64,000 bases of DNA from Lama glama (lineage: Eukaryota): the NCBI GenBank assembly GCA_028534125.1, contig CM052832.1, positions 13,022,001-13,086,000 on the forward strand, written 5' to 3'. Shown here piece by piece: positions 1 to 14,309 of the stretch. Position 1 is the stretch's first letter. Each line of letters starts with the position of its first letter. The notes below the pieces were generated by a model that did not search any database, was not told the origin of the DNA, and saw only the letters and a list, made by a program, of their open reading frames with translations. A program made the position numbers and the translations under genes.

Positions 1-1191
1 CTTTCTAAAACCAGAAAAAGGGACTGTCAGGGAACACATCACCCACTATGTGACAGATGTTGGGCTGGGGGCTCAAAAATCATTATTTCTAATCCTAATA
101 GCAAGCCTGCAAGGAGGGGTTATTTGTTCCCAAGGTTCAGAAATATCCCATCGTGGACTTGAAGTCACACAGCTGGCCAGTGGCAGAGCGGCGGTCAAAC
201 CCCAGCCAGCCTGAACTCGAGGCACGTGCTAGGAGGGCTTATCACCTGTGAGTTGCCCCAGGGAGAAGAACTGGAGCTTGAGAAAGGGCAGACCATCCCC
301 TCTTTCCAGGAGCAAGCTGTGTGGGCTAGTAGTCAGGGAGGACATGGACAGGGGCTGAACCTAGAAGAATGGGGAGGATTGGAAAGCAGGCAGATGTTGG
401 TGCAAAGGAATCAACTTGAACCTGGGAGCTGAGTTCAGCTGGAATAGCGTGGGGTCTTCTCCCACCCCCAGGGACAATGGGATCAACCTGGCCTTTAATG
501 AGTGAGGGGCACAGAGGCAGTGGTAACCAGTCCCTGGGCTAGGTAACATTGTATCTGCAGCACAAAGCTGAACACAGCTAATGCCTAGAAGCACCACCAG
601 CAGCAGGAGCAGCCTGAGAGACTGTGGAGGTGGGGAGTGACTCAGCCCCAAGGGCAGCAGGAGAACATCTGTGGCAGAGATCAGAGAGCTGGCTCCTAAT
701 TCGCTGTGTGACCTTGGGAGAGTTGCTTCTCTGGGCCTGGGTCTCCATGGGATAGAACCAGCTGGTCCCTGAAGTCCATTCCAGTTAGAATGGAGTCTCC
801 AGTCTGCCTCTTTCAAGCAGAGGGACCCTTACCTGGAGCCTCAGTTTCCCCATCTGTATAATGGAACATCAGCTCTCTTTCCCTCCTAGGGCTGTTGGGG
901 CAGGGCACGGGGACATGAACAGGAACAGTCCAGAGAGGCTGTGCAATTATTGGATGGGGACAGAAAGGAGAGGTGGAGAACTTAGATGAAAGCCTGGAGC
1001 CAAAAGTTGCTACCATTTAGTGACAGGCCCAGTTCTATTTTACTGAAGGAGTGGGATCAGAGAGGATGTTTGTGGGCAGAGAGAGAAGGAGGGGGAGTGT
1101 GACCTCAGCAGGCTTATTCTCAGCACTGAGGACAATGCCAGCATGTGGTGGGGCCCCGCACACATTTGCTGGGCAGAGGAATGGCCCTCAC

Positions 1192-1338
1192 CTCCAGGAT
1201 GCCCCGTCTCTTGTCTTCCTTGTCCTCAGGGAGCACGTTTCCAGTGAGGAAGGTATAGCAGTCCAAGCAGACTCGGTTGGGCCTGTTGCTGTCGTATTTG
1301 AGCTCAGCCCGGTAGTCGGAGCACCTGGCACACACCAC
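1192..1338 (-). CDS. FGD2: FGD2 exon 14 (FYVE C-half)
   Basis: [49 protein letters not shown]; 147 nt. Confidence 0.95.
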
Positions 1339-4300
1339 CTGTGGGAGGATGGGCAGGAGGGGCTTGAGGGCTGAAGTGAGGCAAAGAGTTTCCTGTTTGT
1401 GAGGTGGGGCGGGAGAGCAACCAGGGACCAGAGGAAGAAAAAGCAAGCTTCAGAAGAGGGACAGAGGCAGAGGCCCAGCTGCCTGGAGGCTGCAGTGCAG
1501 GGGGAGAGCTCAGATTCTGGGATCCCCCAGCTGGAGGCTAGAGATCTGGCCCCCACAGCAGGGGTTTCAGCTTCTCTTCCCTTTAGAACACCTTTGGGAG
1601 GACAGCTATTGATCCCGGGGGCTTGCCCTGAGCACAGCCCTCACATCTGAGCACTTCTCTGGGTGCTGGCTCTCCCCTCTGCCACCTCACCTGAATCACA
1701 GTGACTCCACTAGGTGACCAGTGCTGCGGCTATTACCCTTACCTAACAGGGAGGGGGCAGTGACTTGCTGAGGGCCACAAAGCTCACTGGCAGCAATTGG
1801 CCCTCCCTAGACAGAACATGTCTTTAAAGTTCCACAGTTTAGCATTAAGATTCATGCAGATTTTACAGTCCACTCACTCCTAGAGTTGAGCGTGTTCTGA
1901 TGCAAAAATGATGGGCTGGTTGTTTTTGACAGCGAGACTTGCCATGTGTAGTCTGTGGAGTGGGGCTCACTCGCCAGCCCACCATGGAGAAGCCCCCAAG
2001 AAGGCCGTTGTGGATCATATGGAGGTGACCAGGTGAGAGGCATGAGAAGACTCGGGGAGAAACACAGGTGCTGCAGGATGTGACTTCCAGGAAGACTGGG
2101 GTGTCACAGTGTGTCTGGGATGTGGGAATGGAAATGGGGAGCAGGAAATAGAGACGAGGAGGAAAAGTTACTCATTAGGGAGCTCGCCTGTGTGCCCAGC
2201 ACAGCACATGGCCTGGGAGGGACCCGCAGGACAAGGCCTGGGCTTGCCCCACCTTCACTAGGATTCCCGTCTGGCAGGCGGCTTGGCAGAAACTGGGCAC
2301 CCAACCACCGAAAGGATGACTCACAGAGTACAAAGGTTCGCACGGGCACGAGAAACCCCAGAATCAGGCCAAGGATGCCTCACACAACCCGTACATGGGG
2401 CTTCAACAACCTTGGGAGTATTTTTTTTTAATGGAGATTTAAATTTTTAAAGTATTATTAGTGTGTATTTATTATCTCCTCTACCAACTTTTTATTTTGA
2501 AAAATTTAAAACTTGAAGTTGAAAGGATGATACAATGATACCCCCTGAAATCCACCAATTGTGAACATTTTTGCCACATTTGATTTCCTTATGTGTGTAT
2601 GTATACATGTGTGTTATTTTTCTGAACCAAAGTATAAATTACAGTCATCATGACACTTCACCCTTAAATATGTAGCTGGTGTCTCCAAAAAAACAAAGGC
2701 ATTTTTCTGCATATCTGCAATGTCATGACCACACCGGGGAAATTTAACACAATACAATATTATTATCTATATATTCCTCATAATCAAATTTGCCCCAATG
2801 GGCCCAATAATGACTTCTGTTTTTCCCATGCAGGACCTGATCAAGGGTCATACATTTCATTTAGTTCTCAAAATATTTCATTTCTTTCCTGTATCTAGGA
2901 GGCAGTATGAGGGTGTTGCTATATTGTTCTTTGCATTTCTTAAATATTTAAAATAATTTTTTAGGAATACTTACAAAGTTGCAAGTGTGAATCGACTCAA
3001 CTCTTATTTACAGATGTGACTCATCAAAAATGGTAGCTAATCCCTGGATCCTTTCTATTTGGCTCTGGGATGGAACTTACATCTGAACATAGGTGTGTCC
3101 CAGTCTTAGAAATTTACTTTGTGTCCTGATTACAGTATAACACACTTTGGGGACACCTCCCTGACTAGCCCCAACCTGCCTAGCTGGTCTCCTACTGTCC
3201 CAAGATCATTAAAGACTGAGGTCATAAAGGGCTTCTCTGTTTGCAGAGTAAATGGAGGGGTCAACAGAGAACAGCTCAAATACAGCAGGTGCTTAAAAAG
3301 CAAAGCAAGGTCTGCCTCTGATAACTGGGCCTGAGCTGATAAGAGGGAGGCATGGGCGTGGTTTCTTCCTCAGTCAGCTGGTAGCTCTTCCTCTGAATGA
3401 GGCTGCCTGAGCAACTGAGGAGGGGGAAGGAAAGAAAGACAAGGAGAGGGAAGGGGGTGAACCTTCTCTTGTTGATTCCTCACTACCATCCTGGAGGTAC
3501 ATATTAATAATCCCCATCGTATAGCTGAGGAAATGGAGGCTTGAACATGGAGGAGAGAGGTAGCAGCAGAACCGACCAGATGCTGGAGTGCTGAGGGCTT
3601 GCCAAGAAGAGGGGACCGTCAGCTGAGGTCAGTCAAGAAGAGAGGATGGCAGAAAAAAAAAAAAAAAAGAAGAGAGAACAGCAAGGGGAAGGCTTGTGAC
3701 AGGCATGGGGCTGATGAGGTGGTGGGTGCAAGGCTCGAGAAGGGCTGATGGGTTTGGATGCCCCCATCCTGGAACTGGAGACCATTTCTTGGTCCTGGGC
3801 CCTGGGGGTCTTGGGATGCAGACCAATTAGTAGGGTCAGCTTTGGCGAGTGTCTTGAGCGAGTAGCTTAACCTGTGTGAGCCTCCTGTTCCACCTGCGCG
3901 AGCTAAGAGCAGGCTCACTTCCCAGGTAGGCACTTGTGAGGTCCAAACAAGAGAACTCACGTGTCCTGCCCAGAGTTAGCGCCCATAGGTCAAGTGGGCA
4001 GAGATGGCAGGGAGTGGGAGGCGGAGGCCGAGGTGGGGCGGGGTGCAGTGCGGCTTGAGTACTCACATAGCCGCAGGCCCGGCAGTGGTGGCGACGGCGC
4101 TTCAGGGCGTTGAAGGGCTCTCGGCAGCGCATGCACATGGTCACCATCTTGTCCCGGACCCACTGTGGCGCTCGGAGGCCTAGCTCCTCGGACTGCAGCT
4201 GTGGGGCAGCAGGGCGGGCACTTCACGTCCCTCTTCGGCCCACTCCCTGAGGCCCTGAGCCCTCTGCCCACCTGCTTGAGGCAGGGATTATGTGTGCTGT

Positions 4301-7300
4301 GCTTCCCAGTGGCTCCCACATGAAGTGGACTGAACTGATAAAGACCGTATGTTAGGTCAGTTACTATTTTTCCTATTCTACAAGTGAGGAAACTAAAGCC
4401 CAGTGAGGTCAAGGGACTTAGCAAGAACACCCAGCAACCCACAGCTCAGATCTCAAATCAAGTCATAGGCACTACCCCGCTAACACCCCACCTTCCTTCC
4501 ACCTTCCCTTGGTCTCACATTTTTCAGGCACTTTCAAAACCCAAATCTGCGCACGTGCACCCCTCCACCCCCCACCAGCCAGAATTATACATAGAGTAAA
4601 ATCTTTCCTAGGCATATAGCACATAGAGTCTCCCAAAGAAATTTTTTGCTAACGTGGACCTCTGGCACTGAGTTTCTGAGTACGGCAATGTTAGGATGCG
4701 TGGGCTTCCTCTGGTGGGTAACGCTGGCCAGCCCTCAAAGCTGGCCTGGATAGAGCAAAGAGAGGGAATCATTTCCTGTGAGGCTGGTGGCTCCGGAAAG
4801 GATGCAGAGCCTTCAAGTACCTCCTGCTCCTGAGGGTCTCCCCCAGGGCTCTGGACTGCAGCCTTGAAGGTTTCATTCCGCTTCTCGATTTGGTCAATGG
4901 CTGCTTGGAAGGCCTGAGGGGTTGGGCACAGGGAAGTGGTTATGGGGGCGGCGAGGAGGGCTTGTTCATCTGTCCAACTACCCACACATTCAACAAATAC
5001 TGCTGTAAACTTACTGGGTGCTGGACACTGGATTCTAAGCGCACGTTGGCTTTAGGGAGGAAAAACTATTAGCCCCAGATTACAGAAGTGAAAACTAAGG
5101 CTCAGAGATGTTAAATGACTTACCCCTGGCTACCCAGCTAGGCAGTGAGACAGCAAGATTTAAACCCTGGTCTAACTCTAAACTACCACAGAGCAACGCT
5201 GAGGAAAAGTAGGAAGCGCCTGGGCGGAGAACGTGCACGCGCTGTGCACCCCTTCCTCCCCCGCAGCCGGGGTAGGGAAATCGGAATCATAGGGGCCCTG
5301 GAGCGTTTTGTTACCTGCATCCAGGAGATCATTTCCTCCTGGGACCTGCTCGGGAAGTGAACACAAGTGTTAGCCGGGCAGCGCCTCCCTGTTTTCCTGC
5401 CCCGCCCGGCCCCCAGCCCACGCCTGCCTACCGGGCCTGCAGCTCCAGGGTGCGCTGCTTCCCGGACACCAGGAAGGAGTGGGGGAACTCGGCATCAGTC
5501 AGCTCCCGCACCTGCTCGGGAATGGGAGGAACAGACGCTCAGACTTGCCATACCCCACCCGCCCACCCCGTAGGCACTGTCAGTGAGGGAAGTGGAGTGC
5601 GACCCAGGAACCATTCAAATTTGAGAAACAGGGAAAGGGAGCTTTTTCAGCGCCTCCTAATCCTGTCAGGCCAAGTAAATACACCTGCATCCTAGCCTCG
5701 TTCTATAGAGCAAGTGGGACTTAGGGCTCTTGGAAGTTTAGCAGCAGCAAGTTGGTCCAGTGGAAAGTAGGGATGATGTGTCCTTACAAAGGAATCACCA
5801 AAGATGAAAACTGGGTTATAAATTGGATTTGGGGAATACAGCTTTTTCAAGAGTAGATGTAGGGCCTGGAATAAGACCTTCCCCATACAGTGAATGAAGG
5901 AATCAATCACCCAATTCGTAGATCCAACAGAGCCCCCACTTCCTGCCTTTCACCGTCTTGTCCCATAAATCCACACGACCTGAGGCTGTTTTGGAAGCCG
6001 CCAGTCACACAGCTTCTACTGTTTTGTCTGCCGTTGAGCATTCCACACATGTTCTCACTTAATCCGCACAACTGGGGACCCCACTGATCACTAATTCTAA
6101 TGCTTAATGGCCATGATGTGCCCCTGAGGGCAGTGCCTGTCACCAGCTACAGTCCCCTGGGACAGCTACATCTGGTCAAGTCTCTAGGTTATCTACCAGT
6201 GGACAAAAAGTATAGGGGAAAGTGGGACATGCTGACAACAGTGGTGTGGTCAGCAAAGTCCAGACTCTGAGAAACTCAACCAGAGAAATGATCTGATTTC
6301 TGCAACTAATAAATGAGACATCAGAAATTGACACATTGTAACTGACCATACTTCAATTAAAATAAATAAATAGTTAAGAAAAAAAGGAGAGGAAAGTGTT
6401 GATAAAAAGGGATATAAGAAGCATATCACAAATGATTCAAACATCAGCTGTGAGAAGACAATTATGAGACAGTCAAGGAAAACCAAAGGCTCTTAATGTT
6501 ATTAAATAATTATTATTAATTTGTTAGATGCAATAATGGAACTGTTAGCATCTTTTTGAGCAAAAAGAGAGTTCTTATCTCTTAAAGTATTTATAGGTGA
6601 AATGATCATGTGTCTGGAATTTGCTCTTATATAACCCATTGGAAAAGGGGATTAAGAAGGGGAATGCTAAGGAAACAAGACCAATTTTGAGTTAATTGTT
6701 GCAGTCAGGTGATGAGTATATGAGAGTTCATTTTTTTTTTTTTGGCTTGAAAGAGTCCATAATAAAAAGTTAAAGAAAATCTTCACAGCAATCTTGGGAG
6801 GCATCCTTATCTAGGAGATGAGAAAATGGAGATCAGAGAGGGCAAGGGACCTGCCTAGGTCACACAGCACCTAAACAGCAGAATGAGGATTCAAACTCAG
6901 GTTTTTGGTCCCCAAGGGTAAGGTGGAAGTCCATCTATTTCCACCCTGCTGCCAGAGTCCAGTAAGCATAGACCTCTCCCAGGCAGTGTGAAGAGAAAGT
7001 CACAAAGAGAAGCTAAGACACAGACCTAGAGCTCAAGGACCTGGCATGGGGGAACTTGTCACTGAATCTACCTGACACTTGGGCCCTTCTGCTGTTCTCT
7101 GCCCCGTGGTGACCAGGCCTTGGCACATTTTCAGACACCCCATAAAGAATGACTGGGCACATGCTTGTATTAGGGCTAGTCTACACTTTGGGCCCACAGA
7201 ACCAGTCCATTCCTTTTAGAAGGGGCCTGATGTGCTTTGTACTCGATATCCTTGACAAGGGGGAGGCTCTGAGGGTTTGTAATTGGAGAAGCTCATGTGG

Positions 7301-10300
7301 AGAGAGGTGTTTGGAAAGTCACTCCAGCAGCTGTATGTAAGGGTAGAAGGGCTGAGTCTGGGGGAAGTGGGAAAAACCAGCAGCCAGGAAGTGATACCCG
7401 GAATGGTCCAGGCCTGCCCAGGGCCTGCCTGCACCTGGAGAGAGAAGAGGTTCTTACCTAGGGGACAATATCAGGAAATCTGGCAAGACTCCAGGACTGA
7501 TTGGGTGAGGGAGAGGGGAGAAGGAAAAGAAGGGAGAAATCTAAGGTTTGGAGTCCACAGCTAGGAAGACATATGATTCTTTTAACAGAAAAAAGGGAAC
7601 TGGGGGGAGCCCCTGACCTGAGGGTCCAGGACCACCTCTGCAAGGGGGCAGGATGAAGATTTCTAGAGGACAGTTCCCTGAGGTCTGCTGTACCCAGGCT
7701 CAACCACCAGACTCCCTAGGTCTGGGCCGGTTCAGGCCCCTGCTAGCCCATACAGTGCCTTTGTGCTAATTAGAAAAAGACACCCCTTCTTTAACACTTT
7801 ACTGACATCTGTTGGCAAACTGGCATAATATTCAGCTTTTGTTGAACTAGATGCTTGACTGCCACCTGCCGGACGAGAACTGTAAATATACAATCTATGC
7901 TGTCTGCTGGGGATGAGGCATGCTCATGCAGTGCACAACCCACACAGTTGTCCAAGGAGATGCTGGGTGTGTATGTGCCCACACCCCTTCCTTCTTCCCT
8001 GGTTGGCCCTGTGCAGGCACAACGACAGGACCCAGCCAGATCTTGGGAGAGAATCAGCAGCTGAGGACTAGGCCTCTCTGACATTCAGGAAGGAGGAGGC
8101 TGGGAGTCATGGGCCAGCAGGAACCATTATGGTGGTTAAAGGACAGATCTACCCCCAAACCTCAAACTCAGAAAATAGTTCCTGCACAAACACGGGAGGG
8201 TGGACAGCTCTGCACCAGGCAGGCCTGTGCCATCCAAGAGAGGGTGCTGTGTGGCCACTGGAGCACCAGACACACCCTGCAGGGACTGAGTTCACTGGGA
8301 CTGGCAGACGCCAGGAACCTGGCACACTTGGCTCCTGAGCCCTCGACACACACCCTAAGCATCTGACACTCTCAGGCCCGTCTCTGCATACTTTCTCTTT
8401 CTGGCTCTGATTTGGTCTCTATATTTCTTGGCTTTTCTGTCAATCTCTGCCTTTCTTTTTTTATGCCTGGGTCTCTGCCAGTCCTAAGACAGGGCTGCCT
8501 GTCTCCATTTCTCTGTTTGTAACTCTCTATAACCTGAATTTCTTAGTCTCTCTCACCAAGGTTCCCAGACATACAAACTGCATACATCCTTGCCTCTGGA
8601 ACATTCTGGACACTTCAGGAAGAAAAGCTGGGTGCCGCAGTGTGTGGGGCTGAATTCCTAAAAGAACTCAGTCAGCTGAGGTACGGGGGATGGGCTGTGA
8701 ACCCCCAGAAAGTGCCCATGTGCCTCCATCGGCCCTTATCACCCTCAGGCTGTACCCCATCCCCAGGTCCTTGATTCAGCCCCAAGTACCAGGCAAGTCC
8801 AGTCAGGAGTAGGGGTAAGGCCCACCTGCTGGGGGCTCTCAGAGGCCCAGGGAGGGATTGTCCTGGCTCAAGTCCTGCCTGAAGCTCCCTCCTGGGGCAG
8901 ATCCTGGGAGGTGGGTAGGGAGAGGTGGAGGTGGAGGCAATAGGGATAGGGAAGGGGGAGATGGAAAGGCACCAAGATAGTCCAGATCTGACCTCTGCTT
9001 GTTCCAGCCCCAGACACTGGGATTCAGGAGCCATCAGAGGGAGGTGGTCAAGAAGGTTCCCCTACTATTTCCTCCACCGTGCCTGTAATTCTGCTCTATG
9101 CTTTACCCCTCTGGGTTGAAGAATTAGTAGGAGACAGTTTAGTATGGGGATTAGGTATAGAGGCTCTGGACTCTGTTATACCTGAGTTTGATCATGCAAA
9201 CCAGGATTTGCTGTGTGACCCCCAAGCAAGCTACTTAACCTCTCGGAGCCTTGCTTTTTTTAACTTTTAAGAAAGACTTTTTTTACATCAGTTTTAGGTT
9301 CACAGCAAAAATGAGAGGAAGGTGCAGAGATTTTCCCTGTGCCCACACATGCACAGCCTCCCCCATTAATAACATTTCCCCACCAGAGTGGTACATTTGT
9401 TAGAATCAATGAACCTGCGTTGACTCATCATTATTACCAAAGGTTCACAGTTTAGATTAGGGTTCACTCTGGGTGTTGTACATTCTGTGGGTTTGGATAA
9501 ATGTATAATGACTGGTATCTACCATTTTAGTACCATACAAAATAGCTTCCCTGCACTTAAAGTCCTCTGTGGTCTGCCTTTTCACCCCACCAACCCCTCA
9601 TAACCACTGATCCTCTGTATCCATTGTTTTTTTCAGAATGTCGTATCATTGGAATCATACAGTATATACACGTAGTATGTATGTATGTATGTATGTATGC
9701 TTTTCAGATGGGCTCATTTCACTTAGTAATATGCATTTAAGTTTCCTCCATGTCTTTTCATGGCTTAACAGTTCATTTCTTTTCATCACTGAATAATATT
9801 CCATTGTCTGGATGTATCATTTTATTTCCATTTTTTTAAAAATGGGGTTAATTACAGATATACCCAAACACAGGCAAACTGTACACAGTTATTCAATGCA
9901 GTTCTCATTTGCAGACACTGACAACTGAGAGCAATTGAAATGCCCATCAGTAGAGGATTGGCTGAACGAATTATGATACATCTACACACCAGGATACTAT
10001 GCAGCTATGCAAAAGGATGAGGAAATGACTAAGATACTGACATGCAACCGTCTCCAGAATTAGTAGTTAGTTTAAAAAGTCAAGTGCAGAATAGTGCATA
10101 TGAAAAATACTCTCACTGTTTATGTGAAACAAAAGTAAGGAAGCTATACTGAATATATTGCTAGTTTGTGTGTACAAAGACTGCCTTTGGAAGGCCTCAC
10201 AAAAAGTGAAGGCTGCCTATAGGAAGGGAATCTAGGGAATGGAGTGGGGAGGAGAATTTTTATTGCATTTATTTTTGATATAGTTTAATTTTGGAATGTG

Positions 10301-13300
10301 TATTATCTATACTTTTTAGGTTATACGATTATTTTTAAAAGACTGCTAAAAGCCAAAAAAAAAAAAAAAACTAGGGGTTTAGTAACAGCTCCTACATCAC
10401 AGGGCTGTTATGAGGATCTGATGGGGTAATGCAGAGCCCAATCCACAGTGACCACCCAGTCCATGGGCACTGTTGTGAATGCTGTCCTCAGTCATTTGGG
10501 ACCATCTCTGGATGAGGACACAACGAAGCCACCCGCTGAGCTGACAGTGTATATTCTTCCTACTCAAAGTGTGGCCTGGGGAGCTGCAGTATCAGCATAA
10601 CCCAGGAGCTGGTTAGAAAAGCAAAATCTCAGGGCCCACTCCAGACCTACTGTATCAGAACCTACATTTTTATAAGACTCCCAGGGGATTCACGCATGTA
10701 CTATAGTTTTCCAAGCACTGGTGTAGAAGGCAGGGAAAGCAGATGGAGGCTGAGAGATGGGAAGGGCCTGGACAGGGAAGGCTGGGAGCCCAGCTGGGAG
10801 ACCTCTAACCCCACGTTCTTCCACCTTCACATTGGCCCCAGACCTGCCATACGTGTGTTCTTGGACTGAGACCCAGACTGGCCCCTCCTGCTACTCCCCA
10901 TACTTGATCCCACCCTGGGTGTGGTGGGGTGCTGAGGGTGGTTGGGGCGCCTCTCACCTTCATCCCGGCCACGTCAATGCGGGTCCTGACCTGGAAGTGG
11001 GCGCCCACCTGAATGACCCTGGGCACACAGTACAGCAGCATGTTGTTGAACTGCAGGAGACACAAGCAGGAGTGTGTGTGCAGTGGCAGGGCAGGAAGGA
11101 CAGTCAGGCGGAGCTTCCCAGACAGTAGGCTGAGCCCCCAGATCTCCCTCCCCCTCGCCACACTCTGGGCCAGTTCTTGGGACATCACAACTGTGATGAG
11201 GAAGGGGTTTTCTAGCCCCCAACCCACCTAAGATAGTCACTGAACGATGCCCTACCTGTGAGCATCAAGGGACCACAGCAGACCTCAGAAACCTATTAGG
11301 CCTTTCTCATAGAGGCTGAGGGTGGCAAGGGTTGACAAGAAGTTATAGCTCCCTCCCCAAAATCCAGGCAGAACCAGTTTCCAGATCTCCAGGAGACCCT
11401 AGCAATCCTTGCTTCTTCAGTGCAAACCTGGGCAGCTCTTCCTAGTAGCCAACCTAATTCCCTCCTGCTTTGCACTCTCTAGAGCACAGATTAATACCAC
11501 AGGCTTTGGAGCCAAAGAGACTGGGTTCAAATTCGGACTCTGTTGCTTTCTAGGGCAAGTCTGGGACCCCCTCAGTTGGAAATCCCTGAGGCCTGGAGGC
11601 AGCATGTGACCAGTCCCAAATCACCCAAGTGCCAAAGCACAGAAGGACAGAGAAGCAGGCTCTTCTCTGTTCAACCTACAGTGCCAGGCAGATGCCAGGC
11701 AGGCAGGACCTGGGGCAGAGTGGCCCATGGACTTCCCTCCCCAGTGTGGGGCAGGCCCCCAGTTTCCTCCTACCAAGAAAAGGTAGCGCTCCATGGGGCC
11801 ACTGCGACGGAAGGAGATCTTGAGGACAGGGCCCTCTCGGAGCAGGGTGTTGGAGGGGTCTACTATGTCGTCCTCCAGGCCCAGGCGCTGGTACACCTCC
11901 CATAGTTCCTGCAGCCGCTCCTGTGGACAGGAGGTGCACCCTCAGCCAACGTCAGGCAGGGCCTACCTGCTTCTGGAAGGTTTGCTTTGAGTGGACAGGG
12001 ACAGTGTGTGAGGAGGGCAGCAGTGGGCCAGGTGTCATATGTCAGGATCAGGAGATGAGTGGATACACAGACCTTTATGGGCTGGGGGAGGCTGAGAGCT
12101 GCAGGGAGGAGGTGACAGGCCTCCTGGGGATGCCTGCTGCTCCTACCCCAAAGGCTGGGATGCTCACCATCTCAGTGATGGCTGTGTTGGAATGCTGAGC
12201 AGCTGAGAAGATCATGTCGAGTGCTTCTGAAATGAAGGTGGGGCCAGAGTTACCCCTGAAAATGAGGGACTGGTGGCTGAGGCAGGAGGTCTTTGAGGGT
12301 TAACCAAGTGGCCTCAGGGCCTGCTGTGAGCACCCTCAGGAGCAGCCCTGCCCTTGTAGCCTGGCACATGGGGTATCTGGATGATGGAGGCCATTTCCTA
12401 CCTAGAGCAGAGAGACTAGAAGCCACTGAAAGACAGGGCTTAGGTGGTTGGCTTCTGTGACTTTGATTTCTCCCCAGATCCAGAGGGTGCAGGCATGGCT
12501 TTAAATCCCAACTCTACTCCTTTCTGGCTGTGTGACCTTGAGCAAGTCACTTAACCTCTCTGGGACTTAGTGTCTGTTTAAAAAATGGCTAATGCTATAG
12601 ACCATGTCTATGAAACACCAATGATCAGTGTTGATGGCTGATGGTCATCATAACCATTTTTGCAGGTGTTCCATAGATTATAAGAGTGGCTTGGGCCTCC
12701 CCAGCCCCTTGGGTTCCCCAGGGGTGTCCTCACTCTGTGCATCGGCCAGGTCTGGGGCCTGGGCTGGCAGCTTCTGGACGTATTCCTTGAGCAGAAGCTC
12801 ATAGCGTGGGATTCTCTGCACAGGTTCCAGCATGTGGTGCTGCAAGGTCAGGCTGCCTGAGGCCTCGCTATTCTTGGGGAGGGAGAGGGAAAGGAGAGTG
12901 TGGGGATGAGAAGAGGGGAGGGGTAGGTCAGGCTGCCCCTGAGGGTCAGGGGAATGGGCAAGGCAGGTGCTAAGGCCTGAGGAAGCAGCTGTGCTGGGGA
13001 GGTGCCCAAAATTGCCCAGGGAAATGGAGCCACTGCAGGCTAGGGGTGACAGTGCAGGCTCCACCCCATCCCCGCCCTGACCTCACCTGAATGCGGGTGA
13101 GAACCTCCTGGAAGGGTAGAGACTTGTCAGTCCAGGTGGCCAGCAGCTCAATGGCTCGCTCGAAGTTCTTGACATACTCACTGTACATTTTCAGGAAGGG
13201 GGCCAGCTTCTGGATCACATCGCCAATGCGGGGGGTGGTCGTCCTGCAGGAGGGGCCCAGGTATTGCCTTCAGCCTGGGGTCCTCTTCTCTTGACTCCAG

Positions 13301-14270
13301 GCAGGGTCAGGTTAGTCTAGCTCCCCTGAACCCCTGCAAAACAGCCTTTCTGCAGCACTTCTGGGAGCAGGTATGGGGGGCATGTCATTCTCACACACAT
13401 GTATGGTTCACCCCCCTTAGACTGTGAGCCCCCTGAGGGAAGGTGCTGCTTTCTCCCATGGACTGGATTCCCCCAAAGGCCCAGCATAGTGTTGGGCCCA
13501 CAACCGGTGTTCAATGACCACCTGGCGCTTGTTCATGCAGCAATAACAAGGGCCACATGCCAAGCATTACCCAGGACATGCTGCATATCTCATCACATTT
13601 CATTCTCAAAACCCTGCATGGCGATGGAGGGACAGTCACTTGCCCATCTGAGAGAGGAGGCAATCCAGGCTCAGAGGGGTAAGGAAGGGTCATTTAACCC
13701 AGGGACTGTTACAGCAGAGTGGTAAGGATCCACAATCTGGAATTGGCCTGCCTGAGTTTGATTCCCAGTTGCACCACTCTTGCTGTGTGTTCTTGGGCCA
13801 ATCACCTAGCCTCTCTGTTCTTCAATTTTCCTATCTGAAAAAATGTGCATGAGGGTAGGCAACCTCACAGGGTTGTCTTTTTTTTTAAATTTTTATTCCC
13901 CCCAAATTCTAAGCAATCGCAAAGTAAACACATAATAATGAATCCCTATATATCTATCACTGGATTTAACAACTACTAGCATTCTTTGCTGAAGAATTTT
14001 AAGGGACATTCCAGACCTAATGGCATTTCTTTGGCAAGATACTAATTTCACTACTAACTACTTTAGTGCTCATCTCTGAAAATAGAGAGGGTTTCTTTCA
14101 TAACCACGAGGCCACCATCACACAGTGGGCTGATCTGAAGATGAAGTGAGTTAATAGGTGTAAATCCCAAGGCAGGGCATGTAGGAAGCCCTGTTAGCAC
14201 TGGCTATTTGCACTGCCCCATAAGTTACTCAGCCTAGTGAGGACCTGATCCATCCCCTTCCCAGGATGGA

Positions 14271-14309
<39 letters not shown>

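Noticed and set aside
1..1190. Remaining FGD2 exons (C-terminal PH domain)
   Set aside because: No in-frame PH-like exon found here; they probably lie beyond the left edge of the window.
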